A DNA stretch of 64,000 nucleotides from Candidatus Rokubacteria bacterium 13_1_40CM_69_27 (GCA_001917535.1 MNEF01000029.1:13815-77814), one strand, 5' to 3'; counted from the first letter of the stretch, positions 55,923 to 64,000 are shown. Notes: generated by a model not told the origin, from the letters alone. Made by a program: numbers and translations.

Positions 55923-56235
55923 ATCGCTTCTTCCGAGCCCCGGCCTTCCCGTTGTGCTCGAGCCGGCTGATGAACTCCTCGAGGGGGATGGCGGCCATGG
56001 TCATGCCGGCCACGCCGCCCCGCGCGCCCAGTTCGACCGACACGCGCGAGATGGTGGCGTTGTCCGGCGCCTCGATGACGGTGACGAAGTCGTAGGGGCC
56101 GAGCACGGCGTACTGGGCGAGCACGCGGGCGCCCATGCGCTTGACGTCGGCATTGACCTTGCGGATCCAGCCGGGTCGCTCGCGAAGGACCCGCCGGCCC
56201 GATTCCGAGAGCGTGCTGAGCATGATGTAGAGACT
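55921..56235 (-). CDS. GYD-domain small protein (start uncertain)
   Basis: ...YIMLSTLSESGRRVLRERPGWIRKVNADVKRMGARVLAQYAVLGPYDFVTVIEAPDNATISRVSVELGARGGVAGMTMAAIPLEEF...: G-Y-D triad present. Confidence 0.5.
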   Translation of the reverse strand, partial: SLYIMLSTLSESGRRVLRERPGWIRKVNADVKRMGARVLAQYAVLGPYDFVTVIEAPDNATISRVSVELGARGGVAGMTMAAIPLEEFISRLEHNGKAGARKKR

Positions 56236-56278
56236 CACGGCCGATCTCCTCTCGCCCGAAACGCCCGCGTAGTATAGC

Positions 56279-56405
56279 ACGCGAATTTCGAGCGCCGGCT
56301 CGAGCGCGGGCCATCGACCTGTGGGGAGGTTCGGAGGGGGCCGGGCGGCCCCCTCCGACTATGGATTTCGGAAGAGGGGCGAAGCCTCCCTCCGAGGCTA
56401 GACGG
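56279..56405. repeat. REP/MITE-like element copy G
   Basis: gagcgccggctcgagcgcgggcc...ggggaggttcggagggggccgggcggccccctccgactatggatttcggaagaggggcgaagcctccctccga. Confidence 0.55.
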
Positions 56406-57300
56406 GAGCCTCCCGACTCGACGGCTCGAGGAACCGATAGACTGACGAGAAGTCCTTGCGCCCGAAGCCGTGCGACGAGGCCAGGCGGAGAAGCTGCTGG
56501 GCCGCCGGCGCCACCGCGACAGGAATGCGGAGCTCGCGAGCGGCGTTCACGGCGAGCCCCAGATCCTTCGCCATCAGATCCGTCATGAACCCGGGCGCGT
56601 AGTCGCGGCTGGAGGCCGCCTTCTCCACGATGCCCGGCACCGGATGGCCGTGCTCCATCACCCAGGTGCTGCCGGAGGACTTCGAAATCACCTGGGTGAG
56701 GATCTTCGGATCGACGCCGAAGCCTTCGGCGATCCGGAAAGCCTCGCTCACCGCCACCATCGCCACGCCGGCGATGAGGTTGTTGCAGAGCTTGGCGACC
56801 TCCCCCGCGCCCACGTCCCCCACGTGGATGACGTTGGTCCCCATGGCCGCCAGCGCGGGCCTCGCCTCCTCCAGATCCCGGGCGTCGCCGCCGACCATGA
56901 TCGTGAGCGTGCCCTCGACGGCCCGCGGCACCGCGCCGGACACCGGCGCATCGAGAAAGCGTACGCCCCGCTCGCGCAGCCGGGCGGCCACGCGCCGCGA
57001 GGTACCCGGGTCGATCGTGGACATGTCGACGCAGATCCGGCCCCGCGCCACGCCCTCCAGGACACCCCCGGGGCCGAGGTACGCGCTCTCGACGTGGGCC
57101 GATGAGGGCAGCATGGTGATGACCAGGTCGCCCTGCTTGGCGGCCTCCGCCGCCGAGCCCGCGGGGGCGGCGCCCAGCCGGAGCGCGGCCTCCAGGGCCG
57201 CCGGGGCCACGTCGTAGCCGACGACGGCGAAGCCCTTCTTCAGCAAGTTGTTCACCATCGGCTGTCCCATGGTTCCCGTTCCGATGAACCCGACTTTCAT
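56398..57300 (-). CDS. 3-hydroxyisobutyrate dehydrogenase-family oxidoreductase (second paralog)
   Basis: MKVGFIGTGTMGQPMVNNLLKKGFAVVGYD...DAPVSGAVPRAVEGTL... Confidence 0.8.
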   Translation of the reverse strand: MKVGFIGTGTMGQPMVNNLLKKGFAVVGYDVAPAALEAALRLGAAPAGSAAEAAKQGDLVITMLPSSAHVESAYLGPGGVLEGVARGRICVDMSTIDPGTSRRVAARLRERGVRFLDAPVSGAVPRAVEGTLTIMVGGDARDLEEARPALAAMGTNVIHVGDVGAGEVAKLCNNLIAGVAMVAVSEAFRIAEGFGVDPKILTQVISKSSGSTWVMEHGHPVPGIVEKAASSRDYAPGFMTDLMAKDLGLAVNAARELRIPVAVAPAAQQLLRLASSHGFGRKDFSSVYRFLEPSSREAPV

Positions 57301-57334
57301 GGGCGAGCTCCCGTGCAGTGCGAGGGTGGTACCA

Positions 57335-57988
57335 TCATCGTTCCTCCAGTCCGAAGATGCGCGCGGGCGCGCCATCGCCCCCCCGGATCTTGAGTGGGAA
57401 CGCGCCGATGCTCAGGCGCCGCCCCCCGATGCGGGTGAGGTTCGCCAGGTTCTCCGCGATGAGGACGCCCGCCCCCAGCAGCCGGTGGTGCACCGGCCAG
57501 TCGAAGCCGGGCGGCCGCAGGGGCACCGGCAAATCCGCGGAGAAGAAGTCCACGCCCACCATCCGAACACCGCGCTCGACCAGCCAGGCCGCGGCCTCAT
57601 CGCTGAGATAGGGGTGCGTGTGGTAGTCCGGCGTCGAAAACTTGCGGTCCCAGCCCGTCGCCAGCAGCACGATGTCGCCGCGCTCGACGGTGAGGCCGGG
57701 GGCTTCGAGATGGCGGACGGTGATCGGCTGGCTCGCGCCCGCGTGGACGGGCAGCACCAGGCCGGGACCGCCTAGCTCGCCGAGGGCGTAGGTGTCGATG
57801 GTCCGCCCGCCCTTGATGAAGTGGAAGGGGGCGTCCACGTGGGTGCCGAGGTGCGTGCCGAGCACGAGCCGTTGGATGTTGAAGGGGCGCTCCCCGATCG
57901 TCCAGACGTTCTCGATGCAGGGCGGGCCGATCATGGGCTGCGTCGTCATCGCCGCGTGATAGTCGTGGGCCAGATCGTGCCAGATCAC
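57335..57988 (-). CDS. Cyclase-family protein (kynurenine-formamidase-like metal hydrolase)
   Basis: ...LVLGTHLGTHVDAPFHF... (HxGTHxDxPxH motif). Confidence 0.75.
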   Translation of the reverse strand: MIWHDLAHDYHAAMTTQPMIGPPCIENVWTIGERPFNIQRLVLGTHLGTHVDAPFHFIKGGRTIDTYALGELGGPGLVLPVHAGASQPITVRHLEAPGLTVERGDIVLLATGWDRKFSTPDYHTHPYLSDEAAAWLVERGVRMVGVDFFSADLPVPLRPPGFDWPVHHRLLGAGVLIAENLANLTRIGGRRLSIGAFPLKIRGGDGAPARIFGLEER

Positions 57989-58401
57989 GGGGTGAGCACC
58001 ATCTGAGTCTGGACGGTCATGGCCAGCAGACGCCCGGACTCGTCGGTGATGCGCGTCTGCCAGACCATCGTGCGCCGCCCGCGGTGCAGCGGCGTCGCCT
58101 CTGCCCGCACCCGGCCCTCACGGCCAGCAGCGAAGAAGTTGGTCTTCGACTCGATCGTGGTGGTCGAGGCCCCGGCTGGGAGATTGATGAACGTCGCGGT
58201 GGCGCCCACCGTGTCGGCGAATGCCATGATCGTGCCCCCGTGCAACGCCCCGCCCAACGTTCTCAAGTCGTCGCGGATGCTCAACTCCGCCACGACGCGC
58301 TCCGGGCTGACCTCGACGAAGCGCACGCCCAGGAACGCCGCCAGCGTGCCGCGCTGCCGCTCCTCGAGCGTCTTCGGGTCGATCGTGCTCGGCTGCGGCA
58401 T
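57985..58401 (-). CDS. PaaI/hotdog-fold acyl-CoA thioesterase
   Basis: ...AFLGVRFVEVSPERVVAELSIRDDLRTLGGALHGGTIMAFADTVGA...: 4HBT-type hotdog motif. Confidence 0.75.
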   Translation of the reverse strand: MPQPSTIDPKTLEERQRGTLAAFLGVRFVEVSPERVVAELSIRDDLRTLGGALHGGTIMAFADTVGATATFINLPAGASTTTIESKTNFFAAGREGRVRAEATPLHRGRRTMVWQTRITDESGRLLAMTVQTQMVLTP

Positions 58402-58430
58402 GTCCCCACCCTCCGCTATAATGCCCCGAC

Positions 58431-59303
58431 GTGCTGCAGGGCCTTCTGCTGATCGCTCTGGCGGCCGTCTCCTGGGGCACCACCGGCTCGGTCACCGCCG
58501 TCCTCGTCGACCGGGCCGCCGCCCAGCCGCTGCTCATCGGCACCGTGCGCCTCGCCGTGGCCGCCGTGCTGCTCCTCCTGGGCGCGCGGATCATCGCGGG
58601 CCCGCTGGCCATCGCCCGGGGCGATCTCCCCCGCTGTCTGGCGATGGCCGCGTGCATGGCCGCCTACCAGGCGACCTACTTCACCGCGGTGACGATGACG
58701 GGGATCGTGCTGGCCGCGCTCATCTCCATCTGCTCGGCGCCCGTCATCATCGCGGCGCTGGCCGTCGGTCTCCTGGGCGAGCACCTTACCGGGCGGGTCG
58801 CGCTGGCCCTCGTCCTCGGCGTGCTCGGCACCGCCCTGCTGATCGCCGACCCGGTTCCGGCCGGCCCCGCGCCCCGTTTTCTCGCCGGGACCCTGCTCGC
58901 CCTGGGGGCGGGAGTGGCCTACGCGCTCTACGTCGTCACCGCCAAGGCCAGTCTCGCGCGTACGGCTCCCCTCCCGCTGACGGCCGTGACCTTTACGGCC
59001 GCGGCGCTCTTCACGCTCCCGCTGCTCGCGTGGACCGACGCGCCGGTCGCCCAGGTCGCGCGGGGCTGGCCCTGGCTGCTGTACTTGGGCGCCGTGGCCA
59101 CGGCCGGTGCCTATGCGCTCTACTCGGTCGGCCTCCGCCGGGTGCCGGCGTCGGTGGCCGGGGTCGTCACCCTGCTCGAGCCGCTCACGGCGACCCTGCT
59201 GGGCGTGTTCATCTTCGGGGAGCGGCTCAGCGGCACTGGAATCACCGGCGCCGCTCTGCTCCTCACCGCGATCGTGCTCCTGCTCGTGGATCAGTCCCGG
59301 TAG
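58431..59303 (+). CDS. EamA/DMT-family transporter (GTG start)
   Basis: 10 TM in two EamA repeats; VLQGLLLIALAAVSWGTTGSVTAVLV... Confidence 0.75.
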   Translation: MLQGLLLIALAAVSWGTTGSVTAVLVDRAAAQPLLIGTVRLAVAAVLLLLGARIIAGPLAIARGDLPRCLAMAACMAAYQATYFTAVTMTGIVLAALISICSAPVIIAALAVGLLGEHLTGRVALALVLGVLGTALLIADPVPAGPAPRFLAGTLLALGAGVAYALYVVTAKASLARTAPLPLTAVTFTAAALFTLPLLAWTDAPVAQVARGWPWLLYLGAVATAGAYALYSVGLRRVPASVAGVVTLLEPLTATLLGVFIFGERLSGTGITGAALLLTAIVLLLVDQSR

Positions 59304-59353
59304 ATCCTGGCGCCTCGTGCACCCTGGCCGCCCGCGTTCGGCCGTGGTCGCCC

Positions 59354-60394
59354 TCACGCTCCCCGGCCCGGGAGGCGGATCGGACGCGAGGCGGCGCGGC
59401 TGAAGCAGCAGTTGGGCACGACGCTCGAGTGCTTGCCGGGCCCGCCGGCCACGACGACGAAGACGTCCTCGGGCGACGGCACGCGCGGGGGCAGCGCGTC
59501 GTCGTCGCGCAACGCCGTCATCCAGGCGGGCCAGTCCTGCATGCCCCACATGCCGCCCAGCTTGAGCGTCCGCAGTGGCAGCCGCGCGTGTTCGTAGACG
59601 AACCGCTGCACGTCCGCGCGCGTCAGACCGTCAGTGGCGATGGTCTGAGCGTGCTCGGGCCCCAGGACGAGCAGGAGCTGACTCTGGGAGAAATACCAGC
59701 CGACATTGGAGCCGAGGGTAACCGCGGTGTGGGCGACGGTGGTGAGGATGCCGGAGGCGGTGGTCGAGCCGTGATCGTTGATGTTGTGCGGCGCCTCGCC
59801 GCCGTACACGGTCACGACATCCCCCTCGTGCAGCGGGCCCCACGGCGAGGCCGCCTCGTTCTCGGCGAGGCAGTAGCTGAACTTGGCGGGGCTGCCCTGC
59901 GTCGCCATGTCGTGCCGGCCCGGCCAGCCGCCCCCGACATTCATGAGGATCAGGCGGATGGCCCGGCCGATGGTGGCATTGACGCGGAAGCCGGGGCCGA
60001 AGCAGCCGCTGCCGCCGTGGAGGCCGATCTCGCGCGCGTAGGGACCGTTGACGATGGTCAGCGGCGCGACCGGATGCGTCGTGGCCTGCACCCCGTAGAG
60101 GTTGAAGGCGGGGTCCAGCATCGCTTCCACCGCGGCGACGATCACGGGGAAGTACTCCGGCCGGCACCCCGCCATCACCGCGTTGATCGCCAGCGTCTCG
60201 AGCCTGGCTTCCCGCCAGAGGGGAGGCATCGCGCCCAGCGAGAACCGCCCGTCGGCGCCGCCCAGCATCGTCCGGACGCGATCCTCGGTGGGGGGCACGA
60301 TCGGCAGCCCGTCGCACCACTCGCGCTCGACGAAAGCCTCGAGAAGGGCCTCCGGCGCGTCCTCGACCTCGAGCTCCCGGGCACCCGCCGTCAT
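59354..60394 (-). CDS. Conserved hypothetical protein, translationally coupled to the UGSC selenoprotein gene
   Basis: MTAGARELEVEDAPEALLEAFVEREWCDGLPIVPPTEDRV...LAINAVMAGCRPEYFPVIVAAVEAML...GVQATTHPVAPLTIVNGPYAREIGLHGGSGCFGPG...; TGATGA overlap with upstream stop. Confidence 0.5.
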   Translation of the reverse strand: MTAGARELEVEDAPEALLEAFVEREWCDGLPIVPPTEDRVRTMLGGADGRFSLGAMPPLWREARLETLAINAVMAGCRPEYFPVIVAAVEAMLDPAFNLYGVQATTHPVAPLTIVNGPYAREIGLHGGSGCFGPGFRVNATIGRAIRLILMNVGGGWPGRHDMATQGSPAKFSYCLAENEAASPWGPLHEGDVVTVYGGEAPHNINDHGSTTASGILTTVAHTAVTLGSNVGWYFSQSQLLLVLGPEHAQTIATDGLTRADVQRFVYEHARLPLRTLKLGGMWGMQDWPAWMTALRDDDALPPRVPSPEDVFVVVAGGPGKHSSVVPNCCFSRAASRPIRLPGRGA

Positions 60395-60924
60395 CAGCGA
60401 CGCCCGAGGAGACTCGTGAGTTGTTCTAGGGCCTGCTGAGCCCGGCGAGCGACCCCTTCGGCGCGCTCGCCGCCGAGCGGGTGCTCGATCACCAGCAGCG
60501 GCAGCCCGGACACGCCGCGGGCGGCGAGTTGGCGTACGGCCAGCCCCTGAAAGGCGGTGGTGGCGATCAGTCCGGGCGGCGTGCCGACCTTGGCCAGCTC
60601 AAGGGCATCGTGGAGACTCCACGACGTGCACGACCCTCAGTCGGCGGAGCCGGCGAAGACCACGTCGCACGCCTTCGCCAGCTCGGCGATCAGCTCGGAC
60701 GACGCGGCCGTGGACGCGTTCGCTTTCCGGCGGTGGACGATCGCTTTGACGCCGTAGCGCTCGCGCAGCAGCTGGCCCATCTCGCCGGCGAGGCGGTCGA
60801 AGTTGGGCTTGGTATTGTCGAGGAAGCCCACGGTGCGGTTCGCGAGGTCCGGCGGGAGCGCGGGAACGGTGACCGTCTCGCTGGACTCGACGCCGACGGG
60901 GCTCAGGACGCGGATGCGTGCCAT
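60394..60924 (-). CDS. UGSC-family selenoprotein; in-frame TGA (Sec) at 60637-60639 (minus strand)
   Basis: MARIRVLSPVGVESSETVTVPALPPDLANRTVGFLDNTKPNFDRLAGEMGQLLRERYGVKAIVHRRKANASTAASSELIAELAKACDVVFAGSAD-U-GSCTSWSLHDALELAKVGTPPGLIATTAFQGLAVRQLAARGVSGLPLLVIEHPLGGERAEGVARRAQQALEQLTSLLGRR*; ORF track stops at the TGA (60637..60924), but my own translation shows the frame stays open and protein-like for 79 more codons to a TGA at 60394-60396. Confidence 0.7.
60605..60636 (-). promoter_or_regulatory. Putative bacterial SECIS hairpin immediately 3' of the Sec-UGA
   Basis: mRNA: UGA GGGUCGUGCAC GUCGUGGAG-UC-UCCACGAU GCCC; 8-bp stem (GUCGUGGA/UCCACGAU incl. one G-U) begins 11 nt after UGA with a small apical loop containing G/U. 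Confidence 0.4.
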
Positions 60925-60954
60925 CGGACCCTCCTTCGGGCGCTTTATTCTACT

Positions 60955-61176
60955 TCAGCGGCCGCCGCCTCGCGGGAAACCCTTCGACCGCGCCAGGAGT
61001 CGGCCGAGCGCGTCGTGCACCTCGCTGAGGATGGACCGCTTGACGCGCACGGTGATCGACTCCACCGGCTCAGTGCTGCCGACGCGGTGGATGACCAGCG
61101 TGCCCGTGAACTCCTCGGCGCGCTCGTCGGTCGCGGCCAGCCCGCGCAGCGTGAGAACTTCCCACGTCTCGCCCAT
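60955..61176 (-). CDS. Small hypothetical protein (73 aa) upstream of the selenoprotein gene, weak call
   Basis: MGETWEVLTLRGLAATDERAEEFTGTLVIHRVGSTEPVESITVRVKRSILSEVHDALGRLLAR...: first 60 aa protein-like, tail low-complexity. Confidence 0.3.
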   Translation of the reverse strand: MGETWEVLTLRGLAATDERAEEFTGTLVIHRVGSTEPVESITVRVKRSILSEVHDALGRLLARSKGFPRGGGR

Positions 61177-61205
61177 GAGCGGTATCTTACCCGAGGCGGC
61201 CTACT

Positions 61206-62651
61206 ATGATCATTGCGCTCGACATCGGCACCTCGTCCGCCCGCGCCGCGGCGTACGACGATGGGGGTCGGCCCCTGCCGGGCCGGTTCCACCGGGTGCG
61301 CTATCGCCCGAGGGTGACGCCCGACGGCGGCGTGGAATACGAGCCCCAGCATCTCTTCGACGCGGTGGTGGCCTGTCTCGACGCCGTCCAGGCGGGAGGC
61401 CGGCCGCCGGAGGTGGAGGGGGTCGGCGTCGCCACCTTCTGGCACGGACTGCTCGGCTTCGACGGCGCCGGCCACACCGTCACGCCCATCTACATGTGGG
61501 CCGACACGCGCAGCGCGCCGGACGCGATGCTGCTGAGGGAAGCGCTGGACGAGAGGGCGGTCCACGCGCGCACCGGCTGCCACCTGCACTCCTCGTACTG
61601 GCCGGCCAAGCTGCGCTGGCTCGTCCGCGAGCGACCCGAGGCGACGGCGCGCGTCGCCCGGTGGGGCTCCTTCGGCGAGTATCTGGAGCTGAACCTCTTC
61701 GGCGAAGCATCCACCAGTGTCTCGATGGCCTCGGCCACGGGGCTGTTCGATCAGCAGGCGCTGCGCTGGGACGCTGAGGCGCTGGCCGCCGCGGAACTCG
61801 ATGAGAGGTGCCTGTTCCCGCTCTGTGACCGCCGCGATGCGCGGCGGGGGTTCCGGCCCCAATGGGCGAAACGCTGGCCCGCCCTGCGGAGCCGGCCCTG
61901 GTTCGCCGCCGTGGGCGACGGGGCGGCCAGCAACATCGGCTCGGACTGCATCGATCCCGGCCGCGTCGCGTTGAACGTGGGGACGTCGGCGGCCCTCCGG
62001 GTGGCCACGACCGCGCCGGGCCGGCCGCCCTGGGGACTCTGGCGCTACCGTGTCGACCGGGGGCTGTCGCTCATCGGCGGGGCCCTCTCCGAGGGCGGCA
62101 ACGTGTACGAGTGGTGCCGTGACGTGCTGCGCCTGCCTGCCGACGAGGAGCTCGAGGCCGCGCTGGCCGCGGCCGCGGCCGACGCGCACGGCCTCACGAT
62201 GCTCCCCTTCGTCGCGGGTGAGCGCGCCCCCGGCTGGCGGGGGGAGCGGCGGGCGGCGCTGACCGGGCTCAGCCTGGACACGACCGCGCTCCAGATCCTG
62301 AAAGTCGCGCTCGAAGCCGTCGCGCTCAGGATCTCGCTGGTCTATGACTTGCTTCGGTCGTGCGCGCCGCCCGACCATCAGATCGTCGCCTCCGGCGGCG
62401 CGATCGCGCGATCGCCGGCCTGGGCGCAGATGATCGCGGACGCGCTGGGTCGTCCCATCACCCTGTCCGGTGAAGAGGAGGCTACGAGCCGCGGCGCCGC
62501 GCTGCTGGCGCTGGAGGCGCTCGGGCGGCTGCCGGATCTCGCGTCCGCGCAGGCGCCGCTGCACCGGACCTTTCACCCCGATGCCGCGCGACACGCGCGC
62601 TATCGTCACGCCCGCGACCGCCAGCGAGGGCTGGACCAGAAGCTCCCGTGA
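61206..62651 (+). CDS. FGGY-family carbohydrate kinase (gluconokinase/xylulokinase-like)
   Basis: MIIALDIGTSSARAAAYDDGG...GVATFWHGLLG...: FGGY_N (DIGTSS) and FGGY_C domains. Confidence 0.8.
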   Translation: MIIALDIGTSSARAAAYDDGGRPLPGRFHRVRYRPRVTPDGGVEYEPQHLFDAVVACLDAVQAGGRPPEVEGVGVATFWHGLLGFDGAGHTVTPIYMWADTRSAPDAMLLREALDERAVHARTGCHLHSSYWPAKLRWLVRERPEATARVARWGSFGEYLELNLFGEASTSVSMASATGLFDQQALRWDAEALAAAELDERCLFPLCDRRDARRGFRPQWAKRWPALRSRPWFAAVGDGAASNIGSDCIDPGRVALNVGTSAALRVATTAPGRPPWGLWRYRVDRGLSLIGGALSEGGNVYEWCRDVLRLPADEELEAALAAAAADAHGLTMLPFVAGERAPGWRGERRAALTGLSLDTTALQILKVALEAVALRISLVYDLLRSCAPPDHQIVASGGAIARSPAWAQMIADALGRPITLSGEEEATSRGAALLALEALGRLPDLASAQAPLHRTFHPDAARHARYRHARDRQRGLDQKLP

Positions 62652-62710
62652 GCCGATGGCGGGCATGACGCGGGCGGCGAAACGGTCCGGAGTATGATCT
62701 GGGCATAGCC

Positions 62711-63454
62711 ATGGAGACAAAGACGGACGTCGCGGTGTTTGCCGATCCCGGCGCGCTCGCCGACGCCACGGCGCAGACGATCGTCAGGGAAGCCGCCGCG
62801 GCCGTCGCCGCCCGCGGGCGCTTCCTGGTCGCGCTGGCGGGCGGGGCCACGCCGCGCGAGACGTACGCGCGGCTGGCGCTTCCTCCGCGCAGCGAGGCGA
62901 TGCCGTGGCCGCGAACCTTCGTCTTCTTCGGCGACGAGCGCTGCGTGCCTCCCCAGCATCCGGAATCCAACTACCGCATGGCCCACGAGATGCTGCTCGG
63001 CAAGGTCGCCATCCCGCCTTCCCAGGTTTTTCGCTTGCGCGGTGAAAGCGACGACCCGGAGGCGGCGGCGGCCGAGTACGGGCGCACGCTCGCCGAGGTG
63101 TTCGGCACGCGCCGGGGCGAGATACCGCGCTTCGATCTGATCCTGCTCGGGATGGGTCTCGACGGGCACACGGCCTCCCTCTTCCCGGGCTCGCCGGCGC
63201 TCAAGGAGATCTTCCGCCCGGTGGCCGGCGTCCACGCCGCCGCCGCGGCCATTCCCCAGCGACTCACCCTGACCTTCCCGGTGCTGAACGCGGCGGCCTG
63301 CGTGGTCTTCATCGTGGCGGGCGCAGAGAAGGCCAAGGCGGTGAAGGCAGTGCTCGCCGACGGCGCCATGCTGCCCGCCGGCATGGTGCGGCCGGAGAAT
63401 GGGCGGCTCCTGTGGCTGGTCGATCGCGCAGCTGCCGCGCTGCTCAAGGCCTGA
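62711..63454 (+). CDS. pgl: 6-phosphogluconolactonase
   Basis: ...RFLVALAGGATPRETYARLA...FFGDERCVP...LILLGMGLDGHTASLFPG... Confidence 0.8.
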   Translation: METKTDVAVFADPGALADATAQTIVREAAAAVAARGRFLVALAGGATPRETYARLALPPRSEAMPWPRTFVFFGDERCVPPQHPESNYRMAHEMLLGKVAIPPSQVFRLRGESDDPEAAAAEYGRTLAEVFGTRRGEIPRFDLILLGMGLDGHTASLFPGSPALKEIFRPVAGVHAAAAAIPQRLTLTFPVLNAAACVVFIVAGAEKAKAVKAVLADGAMLPAGMVRPENGRLLWLVDRAAAALLKA

Positions 63455-63457
63455 GCG

Positions 63458-64000
63458 ATGCGCATCGCGATCGCCGGCGACCACCACGGCGCGGCCTACA
63501 AGAAGGAGCTCATCCGGGCGCTGACGAGCGAGGGCCATGAGGTGCTGGACCTGGGTCCTTCGTCCACCGACCCCGTCGACTACCCCGACTACGCCCGGGC
63601 GGTGGGGCTGGCGGTCCGCAATGGGCGCGCCGAGCTCGGCGTCCTGATCTGCGGCAGCGGCGCCGGCGTGTCGATCGCCGCGAACAAGATCCACGGCGTG
63701 CGCGCCGCGCTCTGCCATGACCTCTTCACGGCGCGCCAGGCGCGCGAGGATGACGACGCCAATGTCCTCTGCCTGGGCGCGCGGGTGGTGAGCCTCGAGC
63801 TCGCCATGCAGCTGACCCGCGCGTTCGTGGGCGCGCGCTTCTCCGGCGCCCCTCGACACGCCCGCCGGCTGGCCAAGGTGCTGGCGCTGGAGGCGGCCCG
63901 GGGGGACGACGCGGTCGCTGACGCGACGCCCGAGTGGCCGATGGCGCCCGCCGTCACCGCCGCGCTCGAGCGGCTCGAGCGCGCGTCGGTCGGTGCCCGG
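63458..64000 (+). CDS. rpiB: Ribose-5-phosphate isomerase B (RpiB/LacAB family); 3' end not reached in window
   Basis: Own translation from ATG 63458: MRIAIAGDHHGAAYKKELIRALTSEGHEVLDLG...GVLICGSGAGVSIAANKIHGVRAALCHD...; no stop before window end. Confidence 0.8.
   Translation, partial: MRIAIAGDHHGAAYKKELIRALTSEGHEVLDLGPSSTDPVDYPDYARAVGLAVRNGRAELGVLICGSGAGVSIAANKIHGVRAALCHDLFTARQAREDDDANVLCLGARVVSLELAMQLTRAFVGARFSGAPRHARRLAKVLALEAARGDDAVADATPEWPMAPAVTAALERLERASVGAR

Noticed and set aside
5952-56405. Possibility that the recurring palindromic repeats form a CRISPR array
   Set aside because: Copies are kilobases apart, differ in module order and orientation and lack regular repeat-spacer periodicity; no cas genes in the window
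60637-60639. Treating the TGA in the 60394..60924 gene as a genuine stop, or the gene as a pseudogene
   Set aside because: The frame downstream stays open and protein-like for 79 codons, the TGA falls inside a U/C-G-S-C redox-type motif and a hairpin follows at SECIS distance; selenocysteine recoding explains all three. It remains unconfirmed without genome-wide sel gene evidence

Overview
High-GC (~68-70%) bacterial chromosomal segment with tightly packed genes; many neighbours share 4-nt ATGA/GTGA start-stop overlaps, so long operons are likely. No rRNA, tRNA or CRISPR array was recognised. Because of the GC content every frame stays open, so most long ORFs in the track are artefacts; calls below rest on protein-like composition and recognisable motifs. 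Main content: (1) a hopanoid (hpn) biosynthesis locus at 8.2-38.5 kb: ispH, pagL-like, two Zn-ADHs, hpnD, hpnA, hpnG, a small ORF, hpnH, a membrane protein, shc, mlaEFD, mlaC/hpnM, then hpnN. (2) A ~14 kb gene set sits between hpnM and hpnN (21.5-35.7 kb). It encodes a PEP-mutase/nucleotidyltransferase fusion, phosphonopyruvate decarboxylase, a class-III aminotransferase, two further nucleotidyltransferases, two paralogous IPCT/DIPPS-like (nucleotidyltransferase-like N-domain + CDP-alcohol phosphotransferase) membrane proteins, myo-inositol-1-phosphate synthase, a HAD phosphatase, an ATP-grasp protein, a Gfo/Idh/MocA oxidoreductase, a 2OG-Fe oxygenase-like protein and an LPG-synthase-TM/HpnL-like membrane protein. 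I propose this is an undescribed phosphonate and/or inositol-phosphate head-group pathway acting on hopanoids or another membrane lipid. (3) A UGSC-family selenoprotein gene with an in-frame TGA(Sec) directly followed by a SECIS-like hairpin (60.4-60.9 kb). (4) A family of modular GC-rich palindromic repeats (REP/MITE-like, core TCGGAGGGGGC-N-GCCCCCTCCGA) at at least 7 sites, one inserted in frame inside the phosphonopyruvate decarboxylase gene, plus a separate MITE-like element with ~31-bp terminal inverted repeats between hpnG and hpnA. (5) A three-subunit tungsten aldehyde:ferredoxin oxidoreductase module (AorABC-like), a copCD operon, malate synthase, a frameshifted molybdopterin oxidoreductase, gene remnants (acyl-CoA synthetase, CopD-CtaG paralog), and a pentose-phosphate trio (FGGY kinase, pgl, rpiB).
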